64,000 nucleotides of DNA from an uncultured Verrucomicrobiae bacterium. Lineage in GTDB: Bacteria > Verrucomicrobiota > Verrucomicrobiia > Chthoniobacterales > UBA10450. Location: positions 1,344,001 through 1,408,000 of the forward strand of contig CAVTMK010000002.1 in assembly GCA_963735805.1 (NCBI GenBank), read 5' to 3'. Position numbers and translations under genes: made by a program. Within the stretch, counting starts at the first letter, position 1. Each line of letters begins with the position of its first letter. Shown one piece after another: positions 1 through 10,037 of the stretch. The notes below the pieces were generated by a model. The model had not been told where the DNA came from. It made no database searches and was given only the letters and a program-made list of their open reading frames with translations.

Positions 1-1
1 C

Positions 2-670
2 CAGACGGGGCAGTTTGGCCTTATCGTGCCCTACGCGTCGATCGCCGCGAAAGGTCTCGTCTTCGGTCTGCCGCATGCGCGTTACGTCGATGGATTTGCG
101 GATACCGCATTCCGCCTTTCGATGAATTTCGTCGGCGCACCCGCGCTGACGGCAGCAGAGTTCAAGAACTACCACCAGAATTTCATCTCCGGCATGAGTC
201 TGCGTGTTACCGCGCCGTTGAGTCAATACGACGGGGATAAGCTCGTGAACATTGGCACCAATCGCTGGTCGTTCAAACCCGAGATCGGATTCTCAAAAGC
301 ATTCGGACCGTGGACAGTTGAACTCGATCCTGGCGTCACTTTTTACACGGATAATCGCGATTTTTTTGGAGGCAAGACACGCGAGTTGGCGCCGCTTTAC
401 GCTGTGCAATCAGGCATCAGTTACACGTTCGCGCCTGGTGGCTGGGTCGCGCTGAATGCTGGTTATTTCAAAGGCGCACGCACGACAGTCGATGAGGTCG
501 AAAGCGACATTGAACAGCAAGGAATTCGCTTCGGCGCGACGCTCGTGCTGCCGCTAAACCGTTATCAATCGGTGAAGCTATACAGCATCAGCGGCTACAA
601 CGCGCATCGCGAGCATGATTTCCAAGCCTTTGGCATCGCGTGGCAATACCGCTGGGGCGGCGGGTTCTGA
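2..670 (+). CDS. Outer-membrane 'transporter' (Phenol_MetA_deg/SphA-like), 5'-truncated by the window edge
   Basis: Frame open from position 2. Family-typical motif 'APLSQYDGDKLVNIGTNRWSFKPEIGFSK' and aromatic beta-barrel C-terminus (WQYRWGGGF). Confidence 0.8.
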   Translation, partial: QTGQFGLIVPYASIAAKGLVFGLPHARYVDGFADTAFRLSMNFVGAPALTAAEFKNYHQNFISGMSLRVTAPLSQYDGDKLVNIGTNRWSFKPEIGFSKAFGPWTVELDPGVTFYTDNRDFFGGKTRELAPLYAVQSGISYTFAPGGWVALNAGYFKGARTTVDEVESDIEQQGIRFGATLVLPLNRYQSVKLYSISGYNAHREHDFQAFGIAWQYRWGGGF

Positions 671-692
671 GTCGATTCGGGGGCGTAGGTGC

Positions 693-1685
693 TCAGCCCT
701 CAAGAATCGCAGCCTTGCCGCGGTTCCGGATGACCGGTTGATCGGTAATGATGACCGTCGTGCCGGGTTGCAGGGTGTCGTAGACCTTTTGCCCAAACTC
801 CGGATTGACTCGGAGTCGCGCCGCGATCTTTTCGGCAGGAACGCTGCGGCCCCTGCTCGTCACGCTCATCCAACGACGTGCTGCCCGGCCGGGAGCAAGC
901 GAGCTTTGCCGGTCCGTGGTGCCTTCAAGTAGCGAGTAGACATGGTCCCCAAGCGATCCGCGTCCGTCAATCTCGACGGAGGCGCGCCCGATGGGATTGC
1001 CATTGCGATAGACGTAAAGCGCGCGATCGGCGGCACTCACGACGATCGTGATCGGTCCGCTCGAGCTGCGCTCCGGGTTCCAGACAAAGTCGTTATGCGC
1101 GAGCGGGCGCAGCATCTCCGGCGACATATCCTTTGGTGCAAGCATCAAGCCGGGATTCGAGGCTAGATACGGCACGGGCGTATTGCCGTCACCCACTACG
1201 ACGGTGCCGCCCTTCGACGTCGCACTGAAAAGCAGTTGTGAGAAATCATAGGGCATTCGGATGCAACCGTGACTGGCGGGGTAGCCGGGGAGATTGCCCG
1301 AGTGCATCGCGATGCCGGTCCAGGTTAGCCGCTGCATGTTTGGCATCGGTGCGTTGTCATATGTTTTCGAGTAGTGCTCCTGCTTTTTCTCAAGGATGCT
1401 GAAGACGCCACCCGGCGTGGCGTGGCCTTTCGAACCTGTGCTCACGGTTGAACGGCCGATAAGGATGCCATTGCGATAAACGTTCATAGTCTGCTGTGGG
1501 ACGCTCACAAGCACCATGAGCGGACCGCTCGGCGAGAGCTGAGGATTCCACCAATACTGACCTGGCTTAAGTTGGCCCGTCGGCTTTCCGGTGGGCATCC
1601 CTTTGGTGTGAAACGACGGTTGTTGCATCGCCTGTACTGTGGTGAGCAGGGCGACAGAAAGAACGACAAGTTTGAATGATTTCAT
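693..1685 (-). CDS. L,D-transpeptidase family protein (YkuD domain plus second degenerate YkuD-like domain)
   Basis: Signal peptide; catalytic motif 'IAMHSG..PGYPASHGCIRM'. Confidence 0.9.
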   Translation of the reverse strand: MKSFKLVVLSVALLTTVQAMQQPSFHTKGMPTGKPTGQLKPGQYWWNPQLSPSGPLMVLVSVPQQTMNVYRNGILIGRSTVSTGSKGHATPGGVFSILEKKQEHYSKTYDNAPMPNMQRLTWTGIAMHSGNLPGYPASHGCIRMPYDFSQLLFSATSKGGTVVVGDGNTPVPYLASNPGLMLAPKDMSPEMLRPLAHNDFVWNPERSSSGPITIVVSAADRALYVYRNGNPIGRASVEIDGRGSLGDHVYSLLEGTTDRQSSLAPGRAARRWMSVTSRGRSVPAEKIAARLRVNPEFGQKVYDTLQPGTTVIITDQPVIRNRGKAAILEG

Positions 1686-1739
1686 GAGATGATCAGAGAC
1701 GTAAAGGCTTATAAGAGCAGAAAGTCTTCACATCCTCAA

Positions 1740-1755
1740 TAAGACCTTCGTCCCA
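1740..1755 (-). promoter_or_regulatory. Palindromic operator box 1 (TGGGAC-GAAG-GTCTTA) upstream of the L,D-transpeptidase
   Basis: Followed on the minus strand by TTGAGG, 17 bp, TCTTAT. Confidence 0.65.
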
Positions 1756-1859
1756 TGCCGGCCTGCGCTGACAATCTCGTCCACGCTGCTTGCTTGTCCG
1801 GAAGTCAGCCCAGCTTAGGCCAGACAATCTAGGGCGGTCGGTTCTAGCTTTAGACAAGG

Positions 1860-1875
1860 TAGGACCAAGGTCCTA
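1860..1875 (+). promoter_or_regulatory. Operator box 2 (TAGGAC-CAAG-GTCCTA) upstream of the DUF3300 operon
   Basis: Perfect inverted 6-bp arms; followed by TTTACG, 17 bp, CATTCT. Confidence 0.75.
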
Positions 1876-1954
1876 TTTACGGGACACCGACAACGCGGCA
1901 TTCTCAGGTTAAGTTGGAAAGAGTAACGCGACCCACAAAGAAAGGTAGAAATTT

Positions 1955-3472
1955 ATGAACTCACGAGACCCCCGATCTGGAATTCCCAGACAAGCACTTC
2001 GTGGTGTGATCGCCATCGTATGCGTGGCATCGCTCACATGGAGTATTCCCATGATTCTGGCGCAGGAGGTCCCGCAGGACCAATCGCAGGAAACGACTAC
2101 TGCCGAGGAAGCTCCGAAGATTCCGAACGACCAATTGGATTCTTTGGTGGCACCGATCGCGCTTTATCCCGACGACTTGTTGGCTCAGACGCTGGCCGCT
2201 TCCACTTACCCGTTGGAAGTTATGCAGCTAGACCAATGGATGGATAAGAATAAAAATCTGAAGGACAAGGCACTGGTAGACGCCGTGTCCAAGCAGCCGT
2301 GGGACCCGAGCGTGCAGTCGATGGCTGCATTTCCAGAGGTGGTACAGCGGATGGCAGAGAATATTCAGTGGATGACAGACGTGGGAAATGCGGTTTTGGC
2401 GCAGCAAAAAGATGTTATGGACGCCGTGCAACGGATGCGCGCAAAGGCCGAGGGGACCGGAAATCTCAAGACCGGTTCCGAACAGAAAGTGGAGACCAAG
2501 ACAACGCAAAGCGGTCAGCAGGTGATTGTAGTTGAACAAGCTAACCCTGAGGCGGTTTACGTCCCGTCATACGATCCCCAGGTAGTTTATGGGGCCGCGC
2601 CTGCCGAATATCCCTACTATCCTTACTCCTATCCCGGATACCAGCCGGGGAGAGCATTGGCTTGGGGATCGGCCATCGCCGTGGGTGGCGTATGGGCCAA
2701 CAACAACTGGGGCAATTGCGATTGGGATGACGGCAATGTGACCATCAACAACAACAACAATTTCAATAAGAACTACAACAAGAACGTCAACAAAACCGGT
2801 ACTGGCCAGGGCAACAGCTGGCAGCACAACCCGCAACACCGGGGCAACGCGCCTTACGCCAACAAACAAACAGCGAATAAGTACGGCGGCAAGGCAGCCG
2901 GCGGTGCTGGAAAACCGGGCGGCGTTGGTGGTGCTGGAAAACCCGGCGGTCCCGGCGGTGCGGGTGGCGTTGGCGGTGCTGGAAAACCCGGCGGTCCGGG
3001 CGGCGCAGGTGGCGTTGGTGGTGCTGGAAAACCTGGCAGTCCGGGCGGCGCAGGTGGCGTTGGTGGTGCTGGTAAGCCCGGCGGTGCGGGCGGTGCTGGA
3101 AAACCCGGCGGTGCGGGCGGTGCAGGTGGCGCTGGCGGTGCAGGCAAACCAGGTGGTGCTGGCGGTGCCGGAAAACCCGGCGGTGCCAACGCTGGTAAGG
3201 CAACTGGCGGTAGCGCTGGTAAAGCAAGTGGGGGTGGCGGAAAAGGAGGCGCAGACAAAGTCGGTGGCCATAAGCCGTCGGCGGGCGGCGGTGGCGGTGG
3301 TGCCTTCGCTGGCGGGAGTGGGGGCTCTGCTAAAGCCGCGAGCAGCCGGGGCGGCAGCAGCATGAAGGGTGGCGGTGGCCACGGCGGTGGCGGCAAAGGC
3401 GGCGGTGGTGGCGGCAAAAAAGGTGGCGGCGGGGGTGGCAAAAAAGGCGGCGGTGGGGGACGCGGTAGATGA
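1955..3472 (+). CDS. DUF3300 domain protein with Asn-rich and long Gly/Ala/Lys/Pro-rich tail
   Basis: 'QLDSLVAPIALYPDDLLAQTLAASTYP', 'WDPSVQS', 'VYVPSYDPQVVYG' are DUF3300 hallmarks; followed by DUF2950 as is usual. Confidence 0.9.
   Translation: MNSRDPRSGIPRQALRGVIAIVCVASLTWSIPMILAQEVPQDQSQETTTAEEAPKIPNDQLDSLVAPIALYPDDLLAQTLAASTYPLEVMQLDQWMDKNKNLKDKALVDAVSKQPWDPSVQSMAAFPEVVQRMAENIQWMTDVGNAVLAQQKDVMDAVQRMRAKAEGTGNLKTGSEQKVETKTTQSGQQVIVVEQANPEAVYVPSYDPQVVYGAAPAEYPYYPYSYPGYQPGRALAWGSAIAVGGVWANNNWGNCDWDDGNVTINNNNNFNKNYNKNVNKTGTGQGNSWQHNPQHRGNAPYANKQTANKYGGKAAGGAGKPGGVGGAGKPGGPGGAGGVGGAGKPGGPGGAGGVGGAGKPGSPGGAGGVGGAGKPGGAGGAGKPGGAGGAGGAGGAGKPGGAGGAGKPGGANAGKATGGSAGKASGGGGKGGADKVGGHKPSAGGGGGGAFAGGSGGSAKAASSRGGSSMKGGGGHGGGGKGGGGGGKKGGGGGGKKGGGGGRGR
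2885..3200 (+). repeat. Coding tandem repeats (GGAGKPGG units; about three 54-nt GGAGKPGGPGGAGGVGGA copies)
   Basis: Recurrent ggtgctggaaaacccggc units read directly in the sequence. Confidence 0.85.
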
Positions 3473-4495
3473 GCAAACAGTTGATGGAGGAAGATCCAAT
3501 GAAAAGAAAATTAAACATCACGACTTCGTCGAAAATTCTCGCTTGTGCGATCCTTATGTCGGGCTTCGTAGCTCTTGCTTTGCATTCAGCGCTGGCGGCC
3601 AAAACAGATGTGGCCGCGACAGCGCAGGTAAAACAAAAAGAATTCGATACACCGCAACAGGCGGCCGACAGCCTCGTTCAGGCGGCGGAGTCTTTCGACG
3701 TCCCTGTCCTGAAAGAGATTCTCGGACCAGACAGCACTGACCTCGTTAGTTCCCAAGATCCCGTCGAGGACAAGAATCGGGCGGCCGCATTTGCTGCGAA
3801 GGCGAAAGAGAAGAATTCAGTTGCTGCGGATCCGAAGAATCCGAACTCGCGCTGTTCTCACGATTGGAAACGACGATTTCCCTTTTCCGATTCCAATCGT
3901 GAAGCAAAAGGGCAAGTGGTATTTCGATGCCAAGGCCGGCCGTCAAGAAATTCTGAATCGGCGTATCGGCGCCAACGAACTGGACGCGATTGCCATTTGC
4001 CGCGGTTTCGTCGAAGCCCAGCAGGAATATGCGCAGGAGAAGCACGACGATTCCAAGGTGAACCAGTACGCTCAGCGAATCATCAGCACGCCTGGGAAAC
4101 ATGATGGTTTGGCATGGCAGAACTCGGGTGGAACCTGGGGAGGTCCAGTTGGAGAAGAAGTCGCCAAAGCGCTGGAGCAAGGCTACTCGGAGCGGAGCCA
4201 GCCGTTTCACGGCTATTTTTTCAAAGTTTTGAAAGGGCAAGGTCCCGCCGCGCCTTTGGGCCAAATGGACTTTGTCGTAGAAGGAGCAATGATTGGCGGA
4301 TTCGCCCTGGCCGCAGCACCGGCGCAGTATCGGGTTACCGGAGTGCAGACCTTCATAGTTGGTCCCAACGGAGTCGTATATCAAAAAGATCTTGGGGCAG
4401 GTACGCTAAAGGCGTTTCAGAATATGGACCGGTACAACCCCGATAAAACCTGGGAAGTAACCGAGGATGATCTGAAGGAGGACTCACAAGATTAA
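3469..4495 (+). CDS. DUF2950 family protein, split by a +1 insertion at ~3844-3847
   Basis: N-half 'FDTPQQAADSLV' in ORF 3469; C-half 'GNDDFPFPIPIVK..WYFD...GRQEILNRRIGANEL', 'PFHGYFFKVL' in ORF 3791. Removing one base joins them. Confidence 0.85.
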
Positions 4496-4598
4496 GGTTG
4501 CTCAAATCGGAAGACCAAAAGCAGCTTGCCGTTTACCGCTGAGCTTACCTGGTGGTATTGAGTCCACCCCATCTCATACGCTTAGTCGATGGTAGGCG

Positions 4599-5426
4599 TT
4601 AACTTGTCGTCGCTGGGTGGTTTGGCCGGGCCGGTCGTACGCAGGCCCAGTGGTATCGGATGGCGACGATCTGGGTGTAAAGGATCCAAGCAAGCATCAG
4701 GGTCGATAGCAGCGCAACCAGATTGAATACGAACAGTAGCCGCGACTCTCGCTTGTTCAGCCGGACCTGCAACGCCGCCATATCCGCACGCACCGCCTGA
4801 ACATTTGCCTGTGCCTCACCCAGTCGGCTGTCGATGCGCTGCGTAAGCCCTTTGAGCGTGGCAACGGTCTCAGGAGCGATGTCGCTCTTCTGCTCTACTA
4901 CCAGTGCGCGCAATGTGCCGCGCAGTTGCGTTGCGTCCGCGGACAATCCTTCGAGCCGGTTAAAGGTCTCGTCCAGCGCTGCCAGCCGTGGAGCGCGATC
5001 GGCCATCATCGGTAGTGAGTTCAGCAGACTCACCGCATTGGCGACGTTTCCCACAGCATCCCGCACAGGAGCCAGCACCTGCTGCATCTGCGCGATGCGT
5101 GGCGCCAAATTCGTCTCCAAGCGCTCGTTGAGCGCATTGAGCACGGGCCTGTTTGCCTGCGCCTGGACGCCGGTGGCGGTAATGGTCTCGGAAGCTTGCC
5201 GCACTTCCGTCCGGCTCGTCGCGATGAGGTCGTTCACCCGGCTCACACCGGCATCGACCACCCCGATGCCGACCTCGATGAGACCAAAACCCTTCAGTGC
5301 AACATCGGTGGCCTTACGATCAACGAACCATGCGCCAAAAATACCGAGCAGGCTCAGGCCGATGAACAGCACGGCAAGCGCAATGGCGGCAAAGCGAAGT
5401 GTCTTCTCGATGATTGGCATGTGCAT
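4599..5426 (-). CDS. Hypothetical membrane protein (two TM helices flanking a long helical/coiled-coil region)
   Basis: 275-aa ORF with hydrophobic N- and C-terminal segments. Confidence 0.7.
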   Translation of the reverse strand: MHMPIIEKTLRFAAIALAVLFIGLSLLGIFGAWFVDRKATDVALKGFGLIEVGIGVVDAGVSRVNDLIATSRTEVRQASETITATGVQAQANRPVLNALNERLETNLAPRIAQMQQVLAPVRDAVGNVANAVSLLNSLPMMADRAPRLAALDETFNRLEGLSADATQLRGTLRALVVEQKSDIAPETVATLKGLTQRIDSRLGEAQANVQAVRADMAALQVRLNKRESRLLFVFNLVALLSTLMLAWILYTQIVAIRYHWACVRPARPNHPATTS

Positions 5427-5608
5427 TCCGATGTTCTTTCCAGGTCAAAGCATGGCTATCGCCTAACGAGCGGTAGGTTGGATTATCCCGTCTTTTTTTG
5501 TGAGAGAATTCCGCATAATTTGCTTGGCGTTAGTTTTGTTCCTATTATCTGGCTCATATATTCGAAGAACGCTCCCGAATTAGACAGCATCAATCAGGCA
5601 AAGGAAAA

Positions 5609-5624
5609 TAAGACTTTGGTCTTA
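5609..5624 (-). promoter_or_regulatory. Operator box 3 (TAAGAC-CAAA-GTCTTA)
   Basis: Perfect inverted arms; TCTAAT lies 24 bp downstream on the minus strand, upstream of 4599..5426. Confidence 0.7.
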
Positions 5625-5757
5625 TGCTCTGCGGTCGACCGCATGCCGGTTCTTTGCACCAACTTCACGAGGCATTGTGTAGTTGGGCCCACGCCGGTGA
5701 TGTGGGTAATTGCCCAATGACCATCGACGATCACGGACACCGATGGACTTAACGCCA

Positions 5758-7716
5758 TCACGTTTTCTTCGTTACCGGCAACGTAAAATAGAAGCATGCT
5801 CCGCCATCGGCTGCATTCTCTGCGTGGATTTTACCGCCATGAGATTCCACGATGGAGCGCACAATTGCCAATCCCATTCCCAGTCCCTGTTCTTTGGTGG
5901 TAAAAAAGTGATCGAACAAGCGTTCGTGCACTTCATTGCCAATGCCTGTGCCATGATCGCGAACGCTCAAGCGCAGGTCGTTCTCGCCATTGCCAGCCGT
6001 GCTAATCTCTACCTTGCGTCGGTCCGGTGGTGTTTGCCGCATAGCATCAAGGGCGTTACTGACTAGATTAACCAGGACCTGCTGAATCTGGATCGGGTCC
6101 ACCTCGATCGGAGGCAGATCCTTGGCCAGCGATGTTTCAATCTCGCAGGAATAAGCTACTGCATCAGGCCTGACGACATGCACTACATTAGCGACCAGCT
6201 CATTCAGATCAATCCGGCGCCGGATCGGATCGCCTTTCTTAATTGTGTTGCGTACGTTGTGGATGATCTCGTGGGCTCGGCGCCCGCCTGCCTCCACGTC
6301 GACCAGGATCTCGCGCAATGTTGCTGGGTCTTCCTTACCTCTGTCGATAAGCCGCTTGCCGGCATTGGCATTGGTAATGATGGCTGAAAGCGGCTGGTTA
6401 AGCTCATGAGCGAGTGAAGCAGTCATTTCACCAATTACGCTAACGCGGCTAAGCAGGTTAATTTGTTCGCGATGATGGCGTGCTTCCTTTTCGGCGTACC
6501 TTAAGAAACGCTCCGCCCGGCGGCGTTTTACGAGATTGGCCAGCAAACCGGTAATAAGAAGTCCTTGCAGAATGAAGATCGAAAGACCGGCTATGAACCA
6601 TGCCCGGTAGCGATCCCAAACCGTCGGCTGGCGGAACAAGATTGTGCTCCCCGGCGGTAGGAGTTTTTCATTAATCTTCCATCGCTGTAGCTCGCGCCAG
6701 TCATAACGCGGCGGAAGACGCTCGATCAGTTTCGGAGGAATACTGGAAGCTGGTTCACCATGCAGAATACGAATGGCGACGTCCGCCGCCTCCTTCCCGA
6801 CACGATCGCTCTCATAAAGACGTCCACCTACAATTCCCAAGCCCAATTGATGATTAAAGACAGAGTTGATGGGCGCGTTTGCAACCTGATGGAGACGTTG
6901 CAATGCCTCGTCGGCATTGTGTGTTACACCAGAGGCATCACGCAATAGGAGGAGAACGAAAATATAGGAGTCTGGTGGCAGCTTGGCAGCCCGCTGCAGC
7001 ATTTCGTCAAAAGAGAGATCACTGTAATAGGTAAAGTTAATTCGGTTTGCGAGTGGCTCGGTTGCCTTTTGGAAGACCTCCTGCCAAACATGCTCCAGCG
7101 GTGTCGCACCGACGACGACCGCAATGTTTTTTGTCGCAGGCGCAATTTGCAACATGTCCTCAAGCATGCCGGGTATTTCATACACCTGGCCGATGTAGGC
7201 CGCGTTCTTCTCCAATGCACCCGGCGGCAGTAATCGCCGATCGGCTGAGGCGTATAGGATGGGCGTTTCCGGAAAAAGGCGGTTGCGATAGTTTGCAACG
7301 AAGATGGATGCAGGTGCTCCAATCGGCACCACGAGGTCGGGCTGCCACTTGGCGCGACGTTTTTGTAAATAATCGACAATCGCCTCCTGCATCTCGTGGT
7401 CGGCGTAGCGCGCCATATCCAAAGACACCTCGTCAAGATCGACGCGCTCACCCATCTTCGCCACCAGCTCAGTTTCAAAAGCCAGCGACTCCACCGTGAA
7501 TGGCGGCGCGGCGCTGCTAAAAGAATGGATGAGAAGAACGTGCCTCGGCTCCGCCGCCGGTGCGTTGCTCGTGCAGAACAACGGGATTAGCGCAACGCTG
7601 GCGATGAGCAGGAGCAACTGCGCGCGCCGCGTCTTCCGGCTGCCACATGTCCCTGTCGCAGCACTCGTTGGGGGCGACTCCGATATTGCCGGCCATCCGT
7701 GATTATTCCGCTTCAC
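5758..7716 (-). CDS. Sensor histidine kinase with periplasmic substrate-binding-like domain (FixL/NodV-type HisKA-HATPase)
   Basis: H-box 'LAHELNQPL', N-box 'QVLVNLVSNA', G-boxes 'DHGTG', 'FFTTKEQGLGMGL'; TM segment before the kinase core. Confidence 0.92.
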   Translation of the reverse strand: MKRNNHGWPAISESPPTSAATGTCGSRKTRRAQLLLLIASVALIPLFCTSNAPAAEPRHVLLIHSFSSAAPPFTVESLAFETELVAKMGERVDLDEVSLDMARYADHEMQEAIVDYLQKRRAKWQPDLVVPIGAPASIFVANYRNRLFPETPILYASADRRLLPPGALEKNAAYIGQVYEIPGMLEDMLQIAPATKNIAVVVGATPLEHVWQEVFQKATEPLANRINFTYYSDLSFDEMLQRAAKLPPDSYIFVLLLLRDASGVTHNADEALQRLHQVANAPINSVFNHQLGLGIVGGRLYESDRVGKEAADVAIRILHGEPASSIPPKLIERLPPRYDWRELQRWKINEKLLPPGSTILFRQPTVWDRYRAWFIAGLSIFILQGLLITGLLANLVKRRRAERFLRYAEKEARHHREQINLLSRVSVIGEMTASLAHELNQPLSAIITNANAGKRLIDRGKEDPATLREILVDVEAGGRRAHEIIHNVRNTIKKGDPIRRRIDLNELVANVVHVVRPDAVAYSCEIETSLAKDLPPIEVDPIQIQQVLVNLVSNALDAMRQTPPDRRKVEISTAGNGENDLRLSVRDHGTGIGNEVHERLFDHFFTTKEQGLGMGLAIVRSIVESHGGKIHAENAADGGACFYFTLPVTKKT

Positions 7717-7731
7717 AAGAAGGCTGTGACG

Positions 7732-8208
7732 CTAATGGGAAGGCGCTGGTTTATCTGCGAGTTTCAAAATCTTCGCTGGCACACCCAACCACGCGGCCGC
7801 TGTCTCGAGGTCGAGAAATGCACGCGCGTCGATCGGCGTTCCCTTCATCAGATTTTCGTACAGGAGGGCAATGCCAAAGCCGACCCAATCTTCGCTAAAC
7901 AAGGCCGACTTCACCCGCGTAAGCCCGGCGTATTGCTCTGCACGTTTCTGCGCAAATGCAAAAACCTGCTTGGTGCGAACTGCCACGCTTGTTAACCGAC
8001 TGAAATCAACGAATCGGTTGAACGGTACTGCCGCTTTTTCGATATGACAGAGCCATTCACCAATCTCCTCCAGCAGATCATCGTCCAGGACGCCTTGCGG
8101 TTGCCAGCCAACCAAATTGTGATCGGGATGGTGCCGAAGGTCAGCCGGACGAGGCATAATCCTGGAAGCTGGCAAAGATTCCGCATCAGCAGTTGGATTG
8201 CTAGGCAT
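7732..8208 (-). CDS. Hypothetical STAS/SEC14(SpoIIAA)-like protein; paralog of 57149..57568
   Basis: Shares 'WxPxGVL', 'PFNRFxD', 'YAG..VKSA', 'AAxWLGVP' with 57149..57568. Confidence 0.7.
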   Translation of the reverse strand: MPSNPTADAESLPASRIMPRPADLRHHPDHNLVGWQPQGVLDDDLLEEIGEWLCHIEKAAVPFNRFVDFSRLTSVAVRTKQVFAFAQKRAEQYAGLTRVKSALFSEDWVGFGIALLYENLMKGTPIDARAFLDLETAAAWLGVPAKILKLADKPAPSH

Positions 8209-8304
8209 AACGGCTATTTATCCTTCAACCCTGCTAATGTCGAGATTGTAATGGCCCGCAATTGTAGAATCAACAGGAGGCGCCGCTGCAGTCCATTGCA
8301 AGTT

Positions 8305-8718
8305 TCAAGGAAAAATCTTGTCTAACTCTTTTACCAACCTATGGCTGCCTTGAATCCTTAAGCGGCCAGTCAGGTATGCTAACGAGACGTTGAGGGTTTT
8401 GTTTGACATAGCAACCCAGTCTTCATCGCTTGCTACAAACGTGACATTTGCATTGTGAATCCTTCCTCTACCCCCTGTGTAAGTTCCATCATTTACAATC
8501 AACCACCAGTCGCCTCCGTTGGGCCCACTGAGCTCCCACTGGTAGCTAGCATGCACTCCTTTTGCCTTGTCTCCTTGAAAAGCGTCCTGCCTCTTAGCCA
8601 ACGCCTGTTCCGGCGTAGAGTTGTGCTGCCTACCAGTGCCCCGGTCCTCCGCTTGGCATGGTGACCCAAGCCCGAACGCTGCGAACGCTAACAACACGTA
8701 AGCCCTTTTGTTTTTCAT
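8305..8718 (-). CDS. SCP2 sterol-binding domain protein with signal peptide
   Basis: 'YQWELSGPNGGDWWLIV', 'AYLTGRLRIQG' match the SCP2 pattern. Confidence 0.8.
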   Translation of the reverse strand: MKNKRAYVLLAFAAFGLGSPCQAEDRGTGRQHNSTPEQALAKRQDAFQGDKAKGVHASYQWELSGPNGGDWWLIVNDGTYTGGRGRIHNANVTFVASDEDWVAMSNKTLNVSLAYLTGRLRIQGSHRLVKELDKIFP

Positions 8719-8740
8719 TATCAGTAATGATTTATCTCGT

Positions 8741-8935
8741 TCATCTGAGTGCTGTCTCGCGTATCGTGCGAAAAACTGACCGTTTCTGGATTCTTCTTCG
8801 CGTCAAAGTATCGAGCAATTCCATGAGGCACATGGAGGATTCGCCGTTTGCCTCGACCCACTCGGGATATTTGATTCGCAGGTCGTCATGAATCTGTTGC
8901 CGGAGTTCGGTGTAGTTATGGATTTGGTGAGACAT
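8741..8935 (-). CDS. Small 'HQIHxYTEL' protein, copy A
   Basis: Paralog of 20278..20478; lacks the 6 residues DAYEVR present in copy B. Confidence 0.65.
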   Translation of the reverse strand: MSHQIHNYTELRQQIHDDLRIKYPEWVEANGESSMCLMELLDTLTRRRIQKRSVFRTIRETALR

Positions 8936-9239
8936 GGGAATTGGCTGGGTGAAGATTCAAGTGTGGGGCGGCCCGGTTGGCCGGCATTGGCGCCGTGACC
9001 GCGCGTCGTGCCCAAGTGAGAGTATTCCAAAAAGCGGTCTGTATGTGCTTGCGATGTGCACTACGCCGGGCCAACTGAAATACTCTGTAGCGCTGCCGTT
9101 GCAGCAACACGGCGAGCAGTCCGCTTTGCGTAAGGGTCGGGGTTGATTTTGTCATGACGTATCTCCGTTTCTAATGGCTTATGTAATCGACCGGTGTGTG
9201 AGTACGCTCTTACGAACCTCATAAACCGGTTTTTGTTAT

Positions 9240-9431
9240 GGATTGACTGCTCCAAATCCGCGCGGAACGAGGAATCATCTTCACGGGGCACTTTCAACAG
9301 TGGCCGCGCTTCAGGTGACTCGGGCTCCAGTTGAATCTGGAGATCGCGCAAGCGGTGTCTCAGCGAAGGTTAAGCCTTTCAACCGGTTTCAGGCCGGCTG
9401 AAAGTGCGTCGAGGCGTCGGATGACGTAATC
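9240..9431 (-). ncRNA. Candidate structured ncRNA / 5' leader, copy A
   Basis: Roughly 80% identical by eye to 19975..20168. Begins at the predicted TSS; conserved hairpins CTCCAG-loop-CTGGAG and GYTCC...GGAGC. Confidence 0.6.
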
Positions 9432-9467
9432 GAGGATGATTTTACTACCAGGGCCGACAACCGCCAA

Positions 9468-9483
9468 TAAGACTTTAGTCCAA
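9468..9483 (-). promoter_or_regulatory. Operator box 4 (TTGGAC-TAAA-GTCTTA)
   Basis: Followed by TTGGCG, 17 bp, TAAAAT; drives RNA copy A. Confidence 0.75.
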
Positions 9484-9535
9484 TGCGTTTAGGGAGCAGC
9501 AACAGGTACCGAGGGGATCAATGAAATCGCCAGAT

Positions 9536-9646
9536 TCATTTGCGTTTCTTTCTATCTATCCACCATAACAATAGAAAGATCGCAATAGGTAAGCCTACCC
9601 AGAACAAAATTGCCTGATAACCGTAAAGCAGCCAAGCGAGATTCAT
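9536..9646 (-). CDS. Putative 36-aa single-TM small protein (MNLAWLLYGYQAILFWVGLPIAIFLLLWWIDRKKRK)
   Basis: Translated by hand; hydrophobic helix plus basic tail. Below the ORF-track size cutoff. Confidence 0.45.
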   Translation of the reverse strand: MNLAWLLYGYQAILFWVGLPIAIFLLLWWIDRKKRK

Positions 9647-9764
9647 CAGTAATTACGTTACTCGGTCGAGCCTATATCACATTGTCATTGGTGTGGAGAT
9701 AAAAAACGGCGTGATTCATCGTGTGAAGTACTGGGAAATCCGGTTAGAGTGGGGGCTGCGCGCG

Positions 9765-10037
9765 TCAATCAATTGACCAGGTCTTTACGACCCATCCTGC
9801 CTGCGTGTGTCTGAAAGTAATTTTTAAATCGATGTCATCATATTCCCAAACCAGATAGTCACCAGACGAGTTTTCGTCATCCGGATTTCCCTCAGCCTTA
9901 TTTGGCATTCCGAAAAGGCTCACGATTTCCCGCTGCGGCAACCCTGGATATATCTGCAGGGATTTGCGGCGCGCTTCTCTGTGGTTTGCGCATCCGAACA
10001 TGGCAAGCGCAATCATCAACAAAATAGTTCGTTTCAT
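9765..10037 (-). CDS. Small lipoprotein (SmpA/BamE-like pattern)
   Basis: Lipobox 'MFGC'; 'PGLPQREIVSLFGMP', 'WEY'. Confidence 0.6.
   Translation of the reverse strand: MKRTILLMIALAMFGCANHREARRKSLQIYPGLPQREIVSLFGMPNKAEGNPDDENSSGDYLVWEYDDIDLKITFRHTQAGWVVKTWSID

Noticed and set aside
2885..3200. Repeats as a possible CRISPR array
   Set aside because: In-frame coding repeats with no unique spacers and no cas genes.
2567..3499. Pro-rich, Ala/Thr-rich and His/Arg-rich ORFs on the minus strand
   Set aside because: Shadow frames of the Gly-rich DUF3300 repeat.
9061..9351. 96-aa ORF overlapping RNA copy A
   Set aside because: Weak TTG start, and copy B does not keep an equivalent open frame through the leader.
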